Positions 17,227 to 26,343 of a DNA stretch of 35,603 nt are shown here, piece by piece. Under the pieces are notes generated by a model. That model saw only the letters and a list, made by a program, of their open reading frames with translations, was not told the DNA's origin and did not search any database. Numbering within the stretch: position 1 is the first letter of the stretch; each line of letters starts with the position of its first letter. The translations under genes and the position numbers were made by a program. The stretch lies in IMG/VR virus record IMGVR_UViG_3300035105_000087, positions 1 to 35,603 of that record. One strand, 5' to 3'. Source of the stretch: a virus. Taxonomy: Duplodnaviria > Caudoviricetes.

Positions 17227-17657
17227 GTTTCCACCGATACGACAAACGTCGCCGTTAAAGTTTCGTCGGAATCCGGGGCGAATCCAAGCGTGAACTTTCC
17301 TGAACTGGGGTCCGTTTCCATAACGTTCTCGGATTTCACAGGCGTTCCCCAGTCAAGATGAACCTGCAACGTGCCTGATACATAGGGAACGACAACACCA
17401 CCGTTCGTGGTGTAAAATACGGTTTCAGACCCGTCAGTCGTAGGAGTTACGCTTTGCATCACCTTGAAATTGTTCGACGTAAGCACCACGCCGCCTGACG
17501 AAGTATCGACGTTCACCATGTTAACGATATAATCCAACGCCTGATCGAGATCAGCATATATCTTCCGCAGATACTTCACTATAGCCGTGATTTCCGGGTT
17601 GCTTGACCGCGTTCCGGGTGGTTTCGTGAGCCTTGGCCTTGTGTATGAAAACGCCAT
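17223..17657 (-). CDS. Tail protein (helical N-terminus + beta-sandwich fibre-attachment-like domain)
   Basis: DGSETVF...YVSGTLQVHLD...FTLGFAP pattern; position after nozzle. Confidence 0.6.
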   Translation of the reverse strand: MAFSYTRPRLTKPPGTRSSNPEITAIVKYLRKIYADLDQALDYIVNMVNVDTSSGGVVLTSNNFKVMQSVTPTTDGSETVFYTTNGGVVVPYVSGTLQVHLDWGTPVKSENVMETDPSSGKFTLGFAPDSDETLTATFVVSVET

Positions 17658-19675
17658 TATCTGAAATGCTCCTGAATGTAAAACACGATTGAGTTTATCG
17701 TCACCGGATCAGCTACACCATGTCCAGAGATTTTGAACTGGAAATATCGTTGCCTGTTATTGCGAAGACTAAGTGGGTTCACATAGTCCTTGGAAAGGTC
17801 GAATGTTTTCGTTGTGCTTGCTGACGTAGGCATCTCCGTTGATTCTGCAAAATAACATTCGATATTTACCTCCGTGCTTGATGCAGTTTTAGCAAAGTTC
17901 AGCATCACCTTCCGAATTGTTTCCGACGGATACCGTGTCAGGTCGAATATTTTCGACGTCCAGTGCCATCGGATACCACCGATTTCATAAGTCCATCCAA
18001 CTTGCGGTGTATTCGTCCAGTTTGTATCCACGGTGATCACGGTGTCAGAGTTCACGGAGATTTTTTGTTCCTCGACGAACGCGCCGGAAGAATTGTACAG
18101 CTGAACGTAGCAATCTTTGAGTCCGTCATCCTCGTCATAGAAATCAGCTGAACTGTCAGTGATCGATGCGGCCCCTGCGCTTGTAATCGTACCCGTCAGC
18201 GTTCCTGTGGATGACCCACCGAGATTATTCCCGGTAAGAAGTTTATACACGAACCCGCCCACGGTCCCAATCCATGGTTTCTTCACGTCGTCACCGTCTT
18301 CTGTGGACTTCACAATTGCAATACAGTTTGCCCTGATCGGCCATGTCACCCATTCTTTCCAGTCCCAAAAGTACACGAGGATTCTGTCATTTTCGGTTTC
18401 ACCGCTTGACGTGTAAATCATCATGTAAGCGCGGATGTATTCACACCACACGCCTTCGCAGTATTCGAGCCTCGAAAGCTCGATTCCGTCAGCTTCCTTT
18501 TTGAGGTCAGGTCCAAGGAACTTCGCGTATTCACCGAAAGTCTGCCAGAGTTCTCCCTGCGGGGAAAGAAACAGCAGGCTACCTGTTTCCGGGATAGGTG
18601 CGATACTGAAATGCGATTTCGTCCCGATCTTCGTGTTGGATTCTCTGTAATCAAACTCGTCGTCATGGCTTTCACTAAGAAGGTAATGTGAATAGTTCTT
18701 GAATATACATGGCTGATCGTTAATCACTCCGCCACCGGAAAGTTCCGTTGGGTCTTCGGAATTGATGCGAAGATAAAAATCCGTCGGAAAACTCCACGGC
18801 AAAGGTTTGCCTGTAGTCGGGTGTTCCGCTGAATACTTAATAATCTGTTTGTCCCCGGTAATCAAATAACCAACGGAAGAAAGATCTGCACCGCCTTCGT
18901 AGTTCGATGATAATGTGATTGATGTACCTGAGTTTACCGCTGAAATAATGTACCCTCTGGACTCATCGTTGAAATAAATAGTCATTCCAACCATATTTGT
19001 TGTCCAATGAGTTGAGTTCCCGGTAACCGCTGTCGCTCCATCATTCACAGAAACCACCCCTGTGGAATACTCCCTGATCCCAAACGCTAAAATACGGTTT
19101 TTCGTCGCGATGAAATACCGATTCCATGGCGCATTGTAATTCAGGTAAGTTTGGGTTTGCGTTCCGTCCGCATTGGTTTCGAGCTTACCGAACGGATAAT
19201 TTGTGTCTCTGGTCAGTCCGTCATCTTCAAACGATGTCGTACCGATTTCGACGTTGCCTATGTAATAATACACGCTTCCGTCTTCCAACGTTGCGTAAAT
19301 CTTCAGGTTCGTGAATCCTGCGTTGTCAGCCGTCCCTGGGAGCGTAAGAACGACTTTATTGTTGGACAGGGTACCGGTGGTATAGATGGGTGAAGGATTT
19401 GTCTCGTGAGCGCTGTGAATGTCTCCGTCGCCCGCTGTGATGTTCGCTTCCGTGTAGAAATACTTCACCACGCCCGACATTGACCCCGCACCGGATTCGT
19501 TCGCGGTGATTGCCGTTGAAGGATCGTCGTGTTGCCACACGAACCCACTGTTTTTGTCGTAATACCTGGGGATGTTTTGCCCGTCCATCAGGTATGCGTA
19601 CCTGCGAAACTCCGTTATGACAGGTTTGATCCCGGAGTTCATTCCTGTAATGATTTCGGTGCTTGTACTACTCAA
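17657..19675 (-). CDS. Tail nozzle/stabilisation protein (P22 gp10/T7 gp12-like), lacking usual N-terminal segment
   Basis: Beta-propeller-type sequence, IKYS...PWSFP, IFK, IG-x-x-SHFSI, ILVY...W, W-x-SK-x-FDL; TTG start with GGAG RBS. Confidence 0.75.
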   Translation of the reverse strand: MSSTSTEIITGMNSGIKPVITEFRRYAYLMDGQNIPRYYDKNSGFVWQHDDPSTAITANESGAGSMSGVVKYFYTEANITAGDGDIHSAHETNPSPIYTTGTLSNNKVVLTLPGTADNAGFTNLKIYATLEDGSVYYYIGNVEIGTTSFEDDGLTRDTNYPFGKLETNADGTQTQTYLNYNAPWNRYFIATKNRILAFGIREYSTGVVSVNDGATAVTGNSTHWTTNMVGMTIYFNDESRGYIISAVNSGTSITLSSNYEGGADLSSVGYLITGDKQIIKYSAEHPTTGKPLPWSFPTDFYLRINSEDPTELSGGGVINDQPCIFKNYSHYLLSESHDDEFDYRESNTKIGTKSHFSIAPIPETGSLLFLSPQGELWQTFGEYAKFLGPDLKKEADGIELSRLEYCEGVWCEYIRAYMMIYTSSGETENDRILVYFWDWKEWVTWPIRANCIAIVKSTEDGDDVKKPWIGTVGGFVYKLLTGNNLGGSSTGTLTGTITSAGAASITDSSADFYDEDDGLKDCYVQLYNSSGAFVEEQKISVNSDTVITVDTNWTNTPQVGWTYEIGGIRWHWTSKIFDLTRYPSETIRKVMLNFAKTASSTEVNIECYFAESTEMPTSASTTKTFDLSKDYVNPLSLRNNRQRYFQFKISGHGVADPVTINSIVFYIQEHFR

Positions 19676-20769
19676 TTAAAGTTCTCCGTTGAAAATTTCC
19701 CGATTCGTTTATTAAAGTAATCGAGAAAATAAAGGTTCCCGGTATTCGAATCGATCTGGATTCTTCTTGGAAGGGCACATTGCTGGCTACCTGAGCCGGA
19801 TGTCAAATACGTAGCCCATCCGGCACCGCTCATCTCGAACCTCACGATTCGGTCATTCCCGGCGTCCGAGACGTAGAAATGTCCATCGTATTCAGCTATA
19901 CCACTCGGGGAGGACAATTCCCCGGCGTGCGGCGCCCATGAGGCACCGATATAGTCTCTGTCTGTCACGTCCAGCGTCGTCGCACACACGTAATCAGAGT
20001 CCGTCTCACAAAATACGACTCGCGGTTCGCCCTGGTATCCAGTGGCGCTGTACACGGCTGCAGTCATGTTCTCCCATCCGTAGTCCATGCGGACGTCGTG
20101 AGTGAAAGCCCGGTCACATTCGACGATTTCGTCGGTGCTGTAGTCAGTCAAATAAAAATATCCTGTATCTGCGGAATAAAAAATGTCCCTAACGTAGGCG
20201 AATCCCTCCGGATTGATGTCGATCTTGTCCCATCCCTCCCCGCCGAACTTGACCTTGATCCAGTTCGTGTAATTATCGATGATGTGCAGGTATCCGTCGC
20301 CATCCATCGTCATCGCCTGAATGAGCTGGAACTGATCCTGTCCGGACCCGGCGCTCCCGTATTCTTCCCGCTGGTATCCACCCCATTTCATACGGACGAT
20401 TTTGTTCCTCTGGGCGAGGTAGAACCACCCGTTTTCCGTGTCCACGTAAAATGTTTTGATGACAGCCGTCGGATCTTCGGAATCCACAAGAACGTCCCAG
20501 TCAAGAAACGCCGGTCCTTTGTATACCGTGCCTCCTGACACAGTGAACAAGTTTTCATTCGGAGACGTAGAACTTCCGAGTTGATGGATGGCATCGATCT
20601 GAGAAGAATGCCCCAACGTGGACCATTTTGTCATTCCCCGCATATTCAACATCTCACCCCGTCTTTGCAGATTTACGCCTGATGCGTGTGTCGCTATATT
20701 CGACTTGATATCGACTGAATCAAGTCCGACAACCTGTCCACGGAATTCGTTTATTTCGATTGTTTTCAT
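19672..20769 (-). CDS. Nozzle-N-terminus-like segment fused to NHL-repeat beta-propeller (365 aa)
   Basis: GSAGSGQDQF, LSSPSGIA...YVSDAGNDRIVRF, GSGSQQCALP NHL motifs; first ~85 aa similar to 20769-21866. Confidence 0.75.
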   Translation of the reverse strand: MKTIEINEFRGQVVGLDSVDIKSNIATHASGVNLQRRGEMLNMRGMTKWSTLGHSSQIDAIHQLGSSTSPNENLFTVSGGTVYKGPAFLDWDVLVDSEDPTAVIKTFYVDTENGWFYLAQRNKIVRMKWGGYQREEYGSAGSGQDQFQLIQAMTMDGDGYLHIIDNYTNWIKVKFGGEGWDKIDINPEGFAYVRDIFYSADTGYFYLTDYSTDEIVECDRAFTHDVRMDYGWENMTAAVYSATGYQGEPRVVFCETDSDYVCATTLDVTDRDYIGASWAPHAGELSSPSGIAEYDGHFYVSDAGNDRIVRFEMSGAGWATYLTSGSGSQQCALPRRIQIDSNTGNLYFLDYFNKRIGKFSTENFN

Positions 20770-21866
20770 TAGAAGATATCCGCTATCCGAACCTTTGAAT
20801 TCCCTTTGTCACCGACAACGAGATTTGAGTCCCCTTCAAAACCAACGTAGTCTATACTTGTAGAAAGACCTGTGAGGTATTCCCCGGTTTCGTCGCCATT
20901 GGAATCGATTTTCGCGACGCGATTATTATCAGGATCAGCCGCGTACCCGGAACCGTCATCGTTGTACGCAACTCCGGTATAATTTGTTTCTTTAGACGTA
21001 CTGTAGATTTCTTCCATCGTGGACGTATTTATGATATGAAAATATCGCAACTCCGGAGACGGCTCGGTCCATGTGTAGCTGAAATATATATGGAGTGGTC
21101 CTACGAGCATTGAGAAATCCCGGCCCTGTGAGAATATCCAATTCAGCGCGACCGCATCGACTATTTTCGCGTTAAGCGACATTTTCATCACGCAACTGAA
21201 AAACCCCTTAACATCGCACCCGCCACGCCCCGCGAACAGGTATCCTCCGTAATACCATATCACCTGATAATTGTTGCAATCGATTGCCGTGCCGTCGGAA
21301 TACTCGATCTCAAGGGTTTCGTATGATTGAAAATCCGGTGGGATTTTATAAATATATCCTCCAGAAATCGCCCACCAGTACCCGGCGCCGTAGGTTATCG
21401 ATTTGTACGATGGAATTTCTATCCGTTCAAACCTTGGATATCGGCTCCGGGTCGGAAACCTGAAATTCACTGTCTCACCGCCGTATGTGCCGGATCCGAA
21501 CATCCATCCCCGGTCCGAATCGTAATGTAAAATCTCGACGTCGCTCCACCCGGTATCCCACTCGAAATCGTTGAATCCGGTTTCCCATCCGCCCCATTCG
21601 TGAGCGACCGCGCCGTTTTGCACAGTGAACACCGTCTCGCTTTCCGTTGTAGTATATCCGTGCTTCGGGAGTTGGTGGATTGCCATAATAGGGTATCCAG
21701 CCCCTACGGTGTCGGTTTTCACCATTCCGATGGTGTTGTTCAACGCGCCAAACGGATTGTCTATCCTGACGCCCTGCGCGGACGTTGCCTGGTCCCCATT
21801 GATGGCGACACCTGGTTTCAAAACGTTCACCCCCTTGAATTTACCAAGCTCGACGTGTTGAACCAT
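20769..21866 (-). CDS. Paralogous nozzle-N-terminus-like segment fused to a different beta-propeller (365 aa)
   Basis: Shared F-x-G, AT-x-A-x-GV, GM-x-K, AIHQL, FTV-x-x-G-x-V; C-terminal GVAY...YAADPDNNRVAKID NHL-like blades. Confidence 0.7.
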   Translation of the reverse strand: MVQHVELGKFKGVNVLKPGVAINGDQATSAQGVRIDNPFGALNNTIGMVKTDTVGAGYPIMAIHQLPKHGYTTTESETVFTVQNGAVAHEWGGWETGFNDFEWDTGWSDVEILHYDSDRGWMFGSGTYGGETVNFRFPTRSRYPRFERIEIPSYKSITYGAGYWWAISGGYIYKIPPDFQSYETLEIEYSDGTAIDCNNYQVIWYYGGYLFAGRGGCDVKGFFSCVMKMSLNAKIVDAVALNWIFSQGRDFSMLVGPLHIYFSYTWTEPSPELRYFHIINTSTMEEIYSTSKETNYTGVAYNDDGSGYAADPDNNRVAKIDSNGDETGEYLTGLSTSIDYVGFEGDSNLVVGDKGNSKVRIADIF

Positions 21867-21867
21867 G

Positions 21868-22803
21868 TCACGCTCTCCCGTAATCTCGACTCGCGCTACG
21901 ACGCGGACCGTTCATGATTTGATTGTATGGCGCTCTCTCACGCCTTGAGGAAGCAGTTTTTTCGATCCCGTACTTGTACTGCCTCGCACGCTGAAATACT
22001 CCCTCACGCGCCCCCATGAAGTCCTCGTACTGAATTTTTCCGTCCTTGAACTGCGCAATCAAAATCATATAGTCGATCACACAGTCGGAAAGCCGCTCGT
22101 TTATGATGTCGGAATCTTGGGCGGCGATATACGAACTCCCTGAAGCTACCGTGGCAGATGTCGTAATGGTAAGTTCTGTGTCTGAATCGACACTTTCGAT
22201 CTCGTAAAAATTGTCCGGGAAATCACCGTCAATGCCGAACAGGTACCCCGCTCCGATTTTGTCACCTGCTGAAAGCTCCGAATCCCAGGACGTCCCTGAC
22301 CCGGTGACGGTTGTGCCGGAAATAGTGATTGTTCCCGTGGAATAGTACCTGTAAAGCCGGGTATGCTTTCCACGATATTCGAGCTTAATGTAATCCGTTC
22401 CGCTGGAAAGAGATGAATCGTATGGATATAGACCGTACTTATTCTCCGCGAAATCCGGATACCACCAGCTTGGGGTAGATGAGTCGTCGCTCTGCCAATT
22501 CGGGTACTTTTCGTTTAGCTTTTGTATGTCGGTTGGATACAGTTCCTCGCGGTCGTCTACGTCGCCTGTCCTCGCGTAGTACACCCGGTCCAAGGCAGAA
22601 AGGTCCAGGCAGTCAGAAGGCAGACTGTAAAGCCTGGAGGTGGTTGCGTCCGTAACCGTGTTCTTGAATATACATCGTGCCTCGTTATTGATAGCGCTCT
22701 CTGCCTGGTCCACCCACCTTTTCAGCAAAGATATGGAGAACCTGGCCTCGTCGGCCTCCCCGAGGATTTCATAAAACTTGTAGAAGTATTCCGCTAGGTT
22801 CAT
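21868..22803 (-). CDS. Head-tail adaptor protein with inserted beta domain
   Basis: Helical N/C termini, YSLPSD, P-x-WWY, GLYP, LEY motifs of podovirus adaptors; Thr/Ser/Gly-rich insert. Confidence 0.7.
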   Translation of the reverse strand: MNLAEYFYKFYEILGEADEARFSISLLKRWVDQAESAINNEARCIFKNTVTDATTSRLYSLPSDCLDLSALDRVYYARTGDVDDREELYPTDIQKLNEKYPNWQSDDSSTPSWWYPDFAENKYGLYPYDSSLSSGTDYIKLEYRGKHTRLYRYYSTGTITISGTTVTGSGTSWDSELSAGDKIGAGYLFGIDGDFPDNFYEIESVDSDTELTITTSATVASGSSYIAAQDSDIINERLSDCVIDYMILIAQFKDGKIQYEDFMGAREGVFQRARQYKYGIEKTASSRRERAPYNQIMNGPRRSASRDYGRA

Positions 22804-22825
22804 GACGTATACCTGTATGCGCATA

Positions 22826-22851
22826 GGGAAAGGTGCCGAAGCACCTCTCCC
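22826..22851 (-). terminator. cUUCGg tetraloop hairpin between head and tail genes
   Basis: GGGAGAGGTGC-TTCG-GCACCTTTCCC; weak U-tract so may be a processing/stability element. Confidence 0.55.
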
Positions 22852-22873
22852 CGTTCGCTGTTATGCCTCCGGT

Positions 22874-23326
22874 TCACTTGTTTTTCCCACTGGCTTTGTT
22901 ACCGAGCCCATCGTTCAAACCAACTTTTCCCCTGGAAGGCGGGAAAGTTTTAGGTTTCCGTTTGGGACGAAGACCGAGCTTACTCCTGAGTTCCTCTTTC
23001 TTATTCTCGCTTTCGATCATGGTTTCGCGCTTTTCATTGATCTTCAGTTTTTCGATGTCCCGGATGATCTGTACACGTTTTTCCATGGCGGCCTTGTTTA
23101 TTTTGCCCTGGTTTTTCACGCCGTTATTGTAAGCGTCCTCAGTGACCACCGTCAGGTATCCGGGGAACCTCTTTGAGCAGATGTTGAACAGCTTCAACGG
23201 GATTTTTCCGAATCGGTTTTCACGGCTGAAAAAATACCGTTTCCGGTTGTGGTCCTGCGAGAATATATCTCGTTTCCCGTCATACCGGACAAAAACAGAG
23301 TCTACTGTATTTCTCTCGATTTCCAT
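22874..23326 (-). CDS. Basic hypothetical protein
   Basis: AGGAG RBS, same strand, in head operon. Confidence 0.7.
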   Translation of the reverse strand: MEIERNTVDSVFVRYDGKRDIFSQDHNRKRYFFSRENRFGKIPLKLFNICSKRFPGYLTVVTEDAYNNGVKNQGKINKAAMEKRVQIIRDIEKLKINEKRETMIESENKKEELRSKLGLRPKRKPKTFPPSRGKVGLNDGLGNKASGKNK

Positions 23327-24341
23327 TGTACTTCTCCTGTGATTTCACGATAAAAAGTCCGATCAGCGAGGCCATGGTGAACCACATCCTCGTGATCTCA
23401 AACGGATATTCAATGATGGACAGAAGCGCAATTGCCACCATGGACAGCGACAAAGGGTCGCGACCGATCCTGGTTTTCAGTTCGTTCATTAGGCCGATAA
23501 CATAAAGTGCCCCGAATATCCCGGACCCGAAAACAAACTGCAAAACGCTGGAATGTATTGCGTAGTCCACGCTGACAACGCGCTCACGTCCTGGAATTGT
23601 ACCCAGTCCGAACCCGCGAAGAGGAGCCTTGAAAAACAGCTTCAAAAATTTCCCCCACACGTCGAACCGAATCCTTAAAGATTCCAATATATGTTCCCGA
23701 AGAAACACAGCACCGGCAACTGCCAGCACGATTAACGATCCTCGCATGTAAACGTTCCTGACCCGGCAAAACACAACAACGGCGGCCACGCCTATAATCG
23801 CGCATTGAGGATCTCCCGCGAGGCTTATGCCCACACAGGCAAGGAACATCGGAATCGAGATGTCCCACATGATTGGCAATATTGCGGCCAGGTACGTCGA
23901 TAGCCGGGGGGAGTTTCCCATCAACCCTCCGGGATGAGATTCAGGGGTCGTGTCGAGAACCGGGCTGAACCCGGCTTTTTGCATCAGGGCCACGCTGATA
24001 TTGATCATCGCACCGATGGCGATCCAACGAAAATACTCTTCGGGTGTATCAGCGTACATCGTCACCACGCACACGATGAACATGAATATCGATGCGTTCA
24101 GGCACCAGTACATTACAGCGTTGTCTAGGTTGTGCATGAGAGCGTTCAAAACCACCAGCATCCCGAACGGAATCACCAGTATATTCGGTGCATCACGTTT
24201 CGGTGGTTCGATCAACGCGCACATTCCAAGAACGATCGCGCACAGGTGAAAAAATTTCGCATCGAAATTATTCAGCGAATGACCAGGCAAATATCCGATC
24301 ACACTTAACAGCAGGAACGCCTTGATCATAAACGATGCCAC
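23280..24341 (-). CDS. O-antigen ligase / O-oligosaccharyltransferase-like polytopic membrane protein (Wzy_C/WaaL fold)
   Basis: About 10 hydrophobic helices; ALMQ-x-x-G, GLMGNSP, S-x-x-x-R-x-x-VW, PLRGFGLG, HSSVLQ...GIFG, EYPF; GTG start after AAGGAGG. Confidence 0.85.
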   Translation of the reverse strand: MASFMIKAFLLLSVIGYLPGHSLNNFDAKFFHLCAIVLGMCALIEPPKRDAPNILVIPFGMLVVLNALMHNLDNAVMYWCLNASIFMFIVCVVTMYADTPEEYFRWIAIGAMINISVALMQKAGFSPVLDTTPESHPGGLMGNSPRLSTYLAAILPIMWDISIPMFLACVGISLAGDPQCAIIGVAAVVVFCRVRNVYMRGSLIVLAVAGAVFLREHILESLRIRFDVWGKFLKLFFKAPLRGFGLGTIPGRERVVSVDYAIHSSVLQFVFGSGIFGALYVIGLMNELKTRIGRDPLSLSMVAIALLSIIEYPFEITRMWFTMASLIGLFIVKSQEKYNGNREKYSRLCFCPV

Positions 24342-24429
24342 AGCGCCGCCTCCTTTATCCAGAACGGGATGGCGATCACGACGACAACTGCCGTGAACAG
24401 CATCGCCATAAATGAATCGAGGATCACGA

Positions 24430-24451
24430 GGAGGGGAGATTGCTCCCCTCC
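24430..24451 (-). terminator. Hairpin downstream of capsid/decoration genes
   Basis: GGAGGGGAG-CAAT-CTCCCCTCC perfect 9-bp stem; no U-tract. Confidence 0.45.
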
Positions 24452-24489
24452 CCATGAATACCCCAAGAACCTGTCAAGGTCGCCCTTCA

Positions 24490-24999
24490 TTAGGTCTCGT
24501 ATGTGACGTATACACCAACGTCAGCGTCCACAACATCAACGTAGACTTCGTTCGTGAACGAAATACCTTTCGGAAACACAAGATGTTTCGAGTCGGCTGC
24601 AGTGCCAACCTTTACATCGAGTTTCGCATTTCCGCTTGTCGCGGATTTCGCGGCATTGGTATCGTAGAATGCCACCCAGTCACCAGCACCTGTACCCGTT
24701 ACCGTAATGGTCGCTAACTTCGCACCGGTGGAAATCAGCGCGCCATCAGCGGCGACACCGTGTACCATCTGCGCGTCACTGGCGTTGTTGTTTTGGTTGA
24801 TCAATACGGCACCGTTGGAATCGACTTCCGCGAGATACCCGCCGTCCAGGTCCGCAAGGACGCCATATCCCTGGAACCCGGTACGGGCTGCGCTCTTCAT
24901 GTTCACGTCATCTGTGGAGCTTACGGCTGCGTACAGGCTAAGCGCGATCAGCACCACGGCCAAAGTGTACGCTCCGATGTTAATGATTTTCGATTTCAT
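24490..24999 (-). CDS. Capsid decoration-like beta protein with signal peptide
   Basis: MKSKIINIGAYTLAVVLIALSLYA|A; beta-rich body (FYD, FPKGISFTNEVYV); immediately after capsid gene with GGAGG RBS. Confidence 0.65.
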   Translation of the reverse strand: MKSKIINIGAYTLAVVLIALSLYAAVSSTDDVNMKSAARTGFQGYGVLADLDGGYLAEVDSNGAVLINQNNNASDAQMVHGVAADGALISTGAKLATITVTGTGAGDWVAFYDTNAAKSATSGNAKLDVKVGTAADSKHLVFPKGISFTNEVYVDVVDADVGVYVTYET

Positions 25000-25030
25000 G
25001 TTTCAAACCTCCTTGATTATGTTTGCAGGG

Positions 25031-26314
25031 TTACGAGATGGTCGCGGCTCCGGGAGGCGCGGAACAACTCATCATCACGCAGTAGTTCTTCACGCTGTCG
25101 TCGGACTCGAACAGAGCCTTGTCACCGAAGATCGTCTTGATCCCGATGCCCTGCTCCATGCCGTAGTCTTCGGTCTGCGTGATTTCCTTTGCGTACAAAG
25201 AATGCGCCCGCATCGCGGTACGCGCTCCGAACGCGATCTGCCTGGACTCGAACTTCCCATAAGCAACAAAATCACCCGTAGTGTATTCCGCCGCTGTACT
25301 CGTGGAACCTCCATAGGTCTGAGCACGGGAACACCCGGTGAACGAATATTTCGTCTTCCCGGTATAAGTGACGTATTCGACCGCACCGGTGGAGTTTTTG
25401 AGGATACACAACGTCCCGGTACTCGGGAAGTTCTGCGTATAGTCCTTGTTGTTGTTCGCTCCGACAGTGATCGTGCTGACGCCTGTGGTATGAGAGCCGT
25501 AAATTTTCGCGCTCGGGCGAAGATATGACCCCTGCATTCCGCGAATTGCCCTTCGGGGATAAATGATCATCCCGCCGATCATGCCGATCGCGCCGGGGAA
25601 CAGAGGATTATTTTTCCCGCGAATATTCGCCTCAGCGTTGGTTTCGTACCACCTGGCGTCGCCTTTAAGCCGATAGATGTCGAAACTGTCCAGGGCCACA
25701 CCGTAAACAGGATAATCGTTCCCGAATCCGTCGCCCGAGACTCGCAGGGGTTCCGCGCCCATCGTTTCCAGGGTAAGCTGAAGACGCTCAATTTCCGTCA
25801 CGCCGAACGTGCAGTCGGAATTGAGGTAGGTGCGGTCTGCGGCGTCGTTCGCGAACAGCGTGGTTTCGGACGAATAGTCCGTGTTGATCAACTGGTAGTC
25901 CATGTGGTAGTCTTTGTATCTGGCCATCCAGTCAGCGAGCATGTGTCCCGCGTGTTTGTACATCTTGAACAGGGAAAGATGCTCACCCCATTCGTTATAC
26001 GCCACCGCATGTCTGAATAGTCCGGTCTCGACGTAAAAGTTCCCGACGGTCGCCTTTTCCTCGTTGGCGGCCAGGGTGCTTTCGTTCGTGGTCGCCGACC
26101 CGTAAAGCTGCCCGACAGTAATGAACGTTATTTTCTGACCTGCTTTCTTGATGCGGGTGTCATCCTTTCGGATAATCGCCGTATCTCCGTATTCGTCGCC
26201 TTCGTGTTTCGACCAGAACTGTTTTGCCTGGGCATCGAAATACACTGCGTCGTCCCACCACTCCGGTTTCCCGTCAGAAAAATCCGAAGCGGTCATTGTG
26301 TTCAAAGTAGTCAT
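25031..26314 (-). CDS. Major capsid protein (N4-gp56/DUF4043-like) with inserted domain
   Basis: KKAGQKITF, L-x-x-NEE, RHAV, LADWMA, RGKNNPLF-x-GAIG, FGA, EDYG...GIG-x-x-x-IFG; after scaffold. Confidence 0.88.
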   Translation of the reverse strand: MTTLNTMTASDFSDGKPEWWDDAVYFDAQAKQFWSKHEGDEYGDTAIIRKDDTRIKKAGQKITFITVGQLYGSATTNESTLAANEEKATVGNFYVETGLFRHAVAYNEWGEHLSLFKMYKHAGHMLADWMARYKDYHMDYQLINTDYSSETTLFANDAADRTYLNSDCTFGVTEIERLQLTLETMGAEPLRVSGDGFGNDYPVYGVALDSFDIYRLKGDARWYETNAEANIRGKNNPLFPGAIGMIGGMIIYPRRAIRGMQGSYLRPSAKIYGSHTTGVSTITVGANNNKDYTQNFPSTGTLCILKNSTGAVEYVTYTGKTKYSFTGCSRAQTYGGSTSTAAEYTTGDFVAYGKFESRQIAFGARTAMRAHSLYAKEITQTEDYGMEQGIGIKTIFGDKALFESDDSVKNYCVMMSCSAPPGAATIS

Positions 26315-26343
26315 GTTTCATACCCTCCGACCGGATCAGGGCG

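Noticed and set aside
19660-19705. Programmed -1 frameshift fusing the NHL gene to the nozzle gene
   Set aside because: GGGAAATTTT is not phased as X XXY YYZ and a TAA lies immediately before the TTG in the -1 frame; a GGAG RBS supports ordinary coupling
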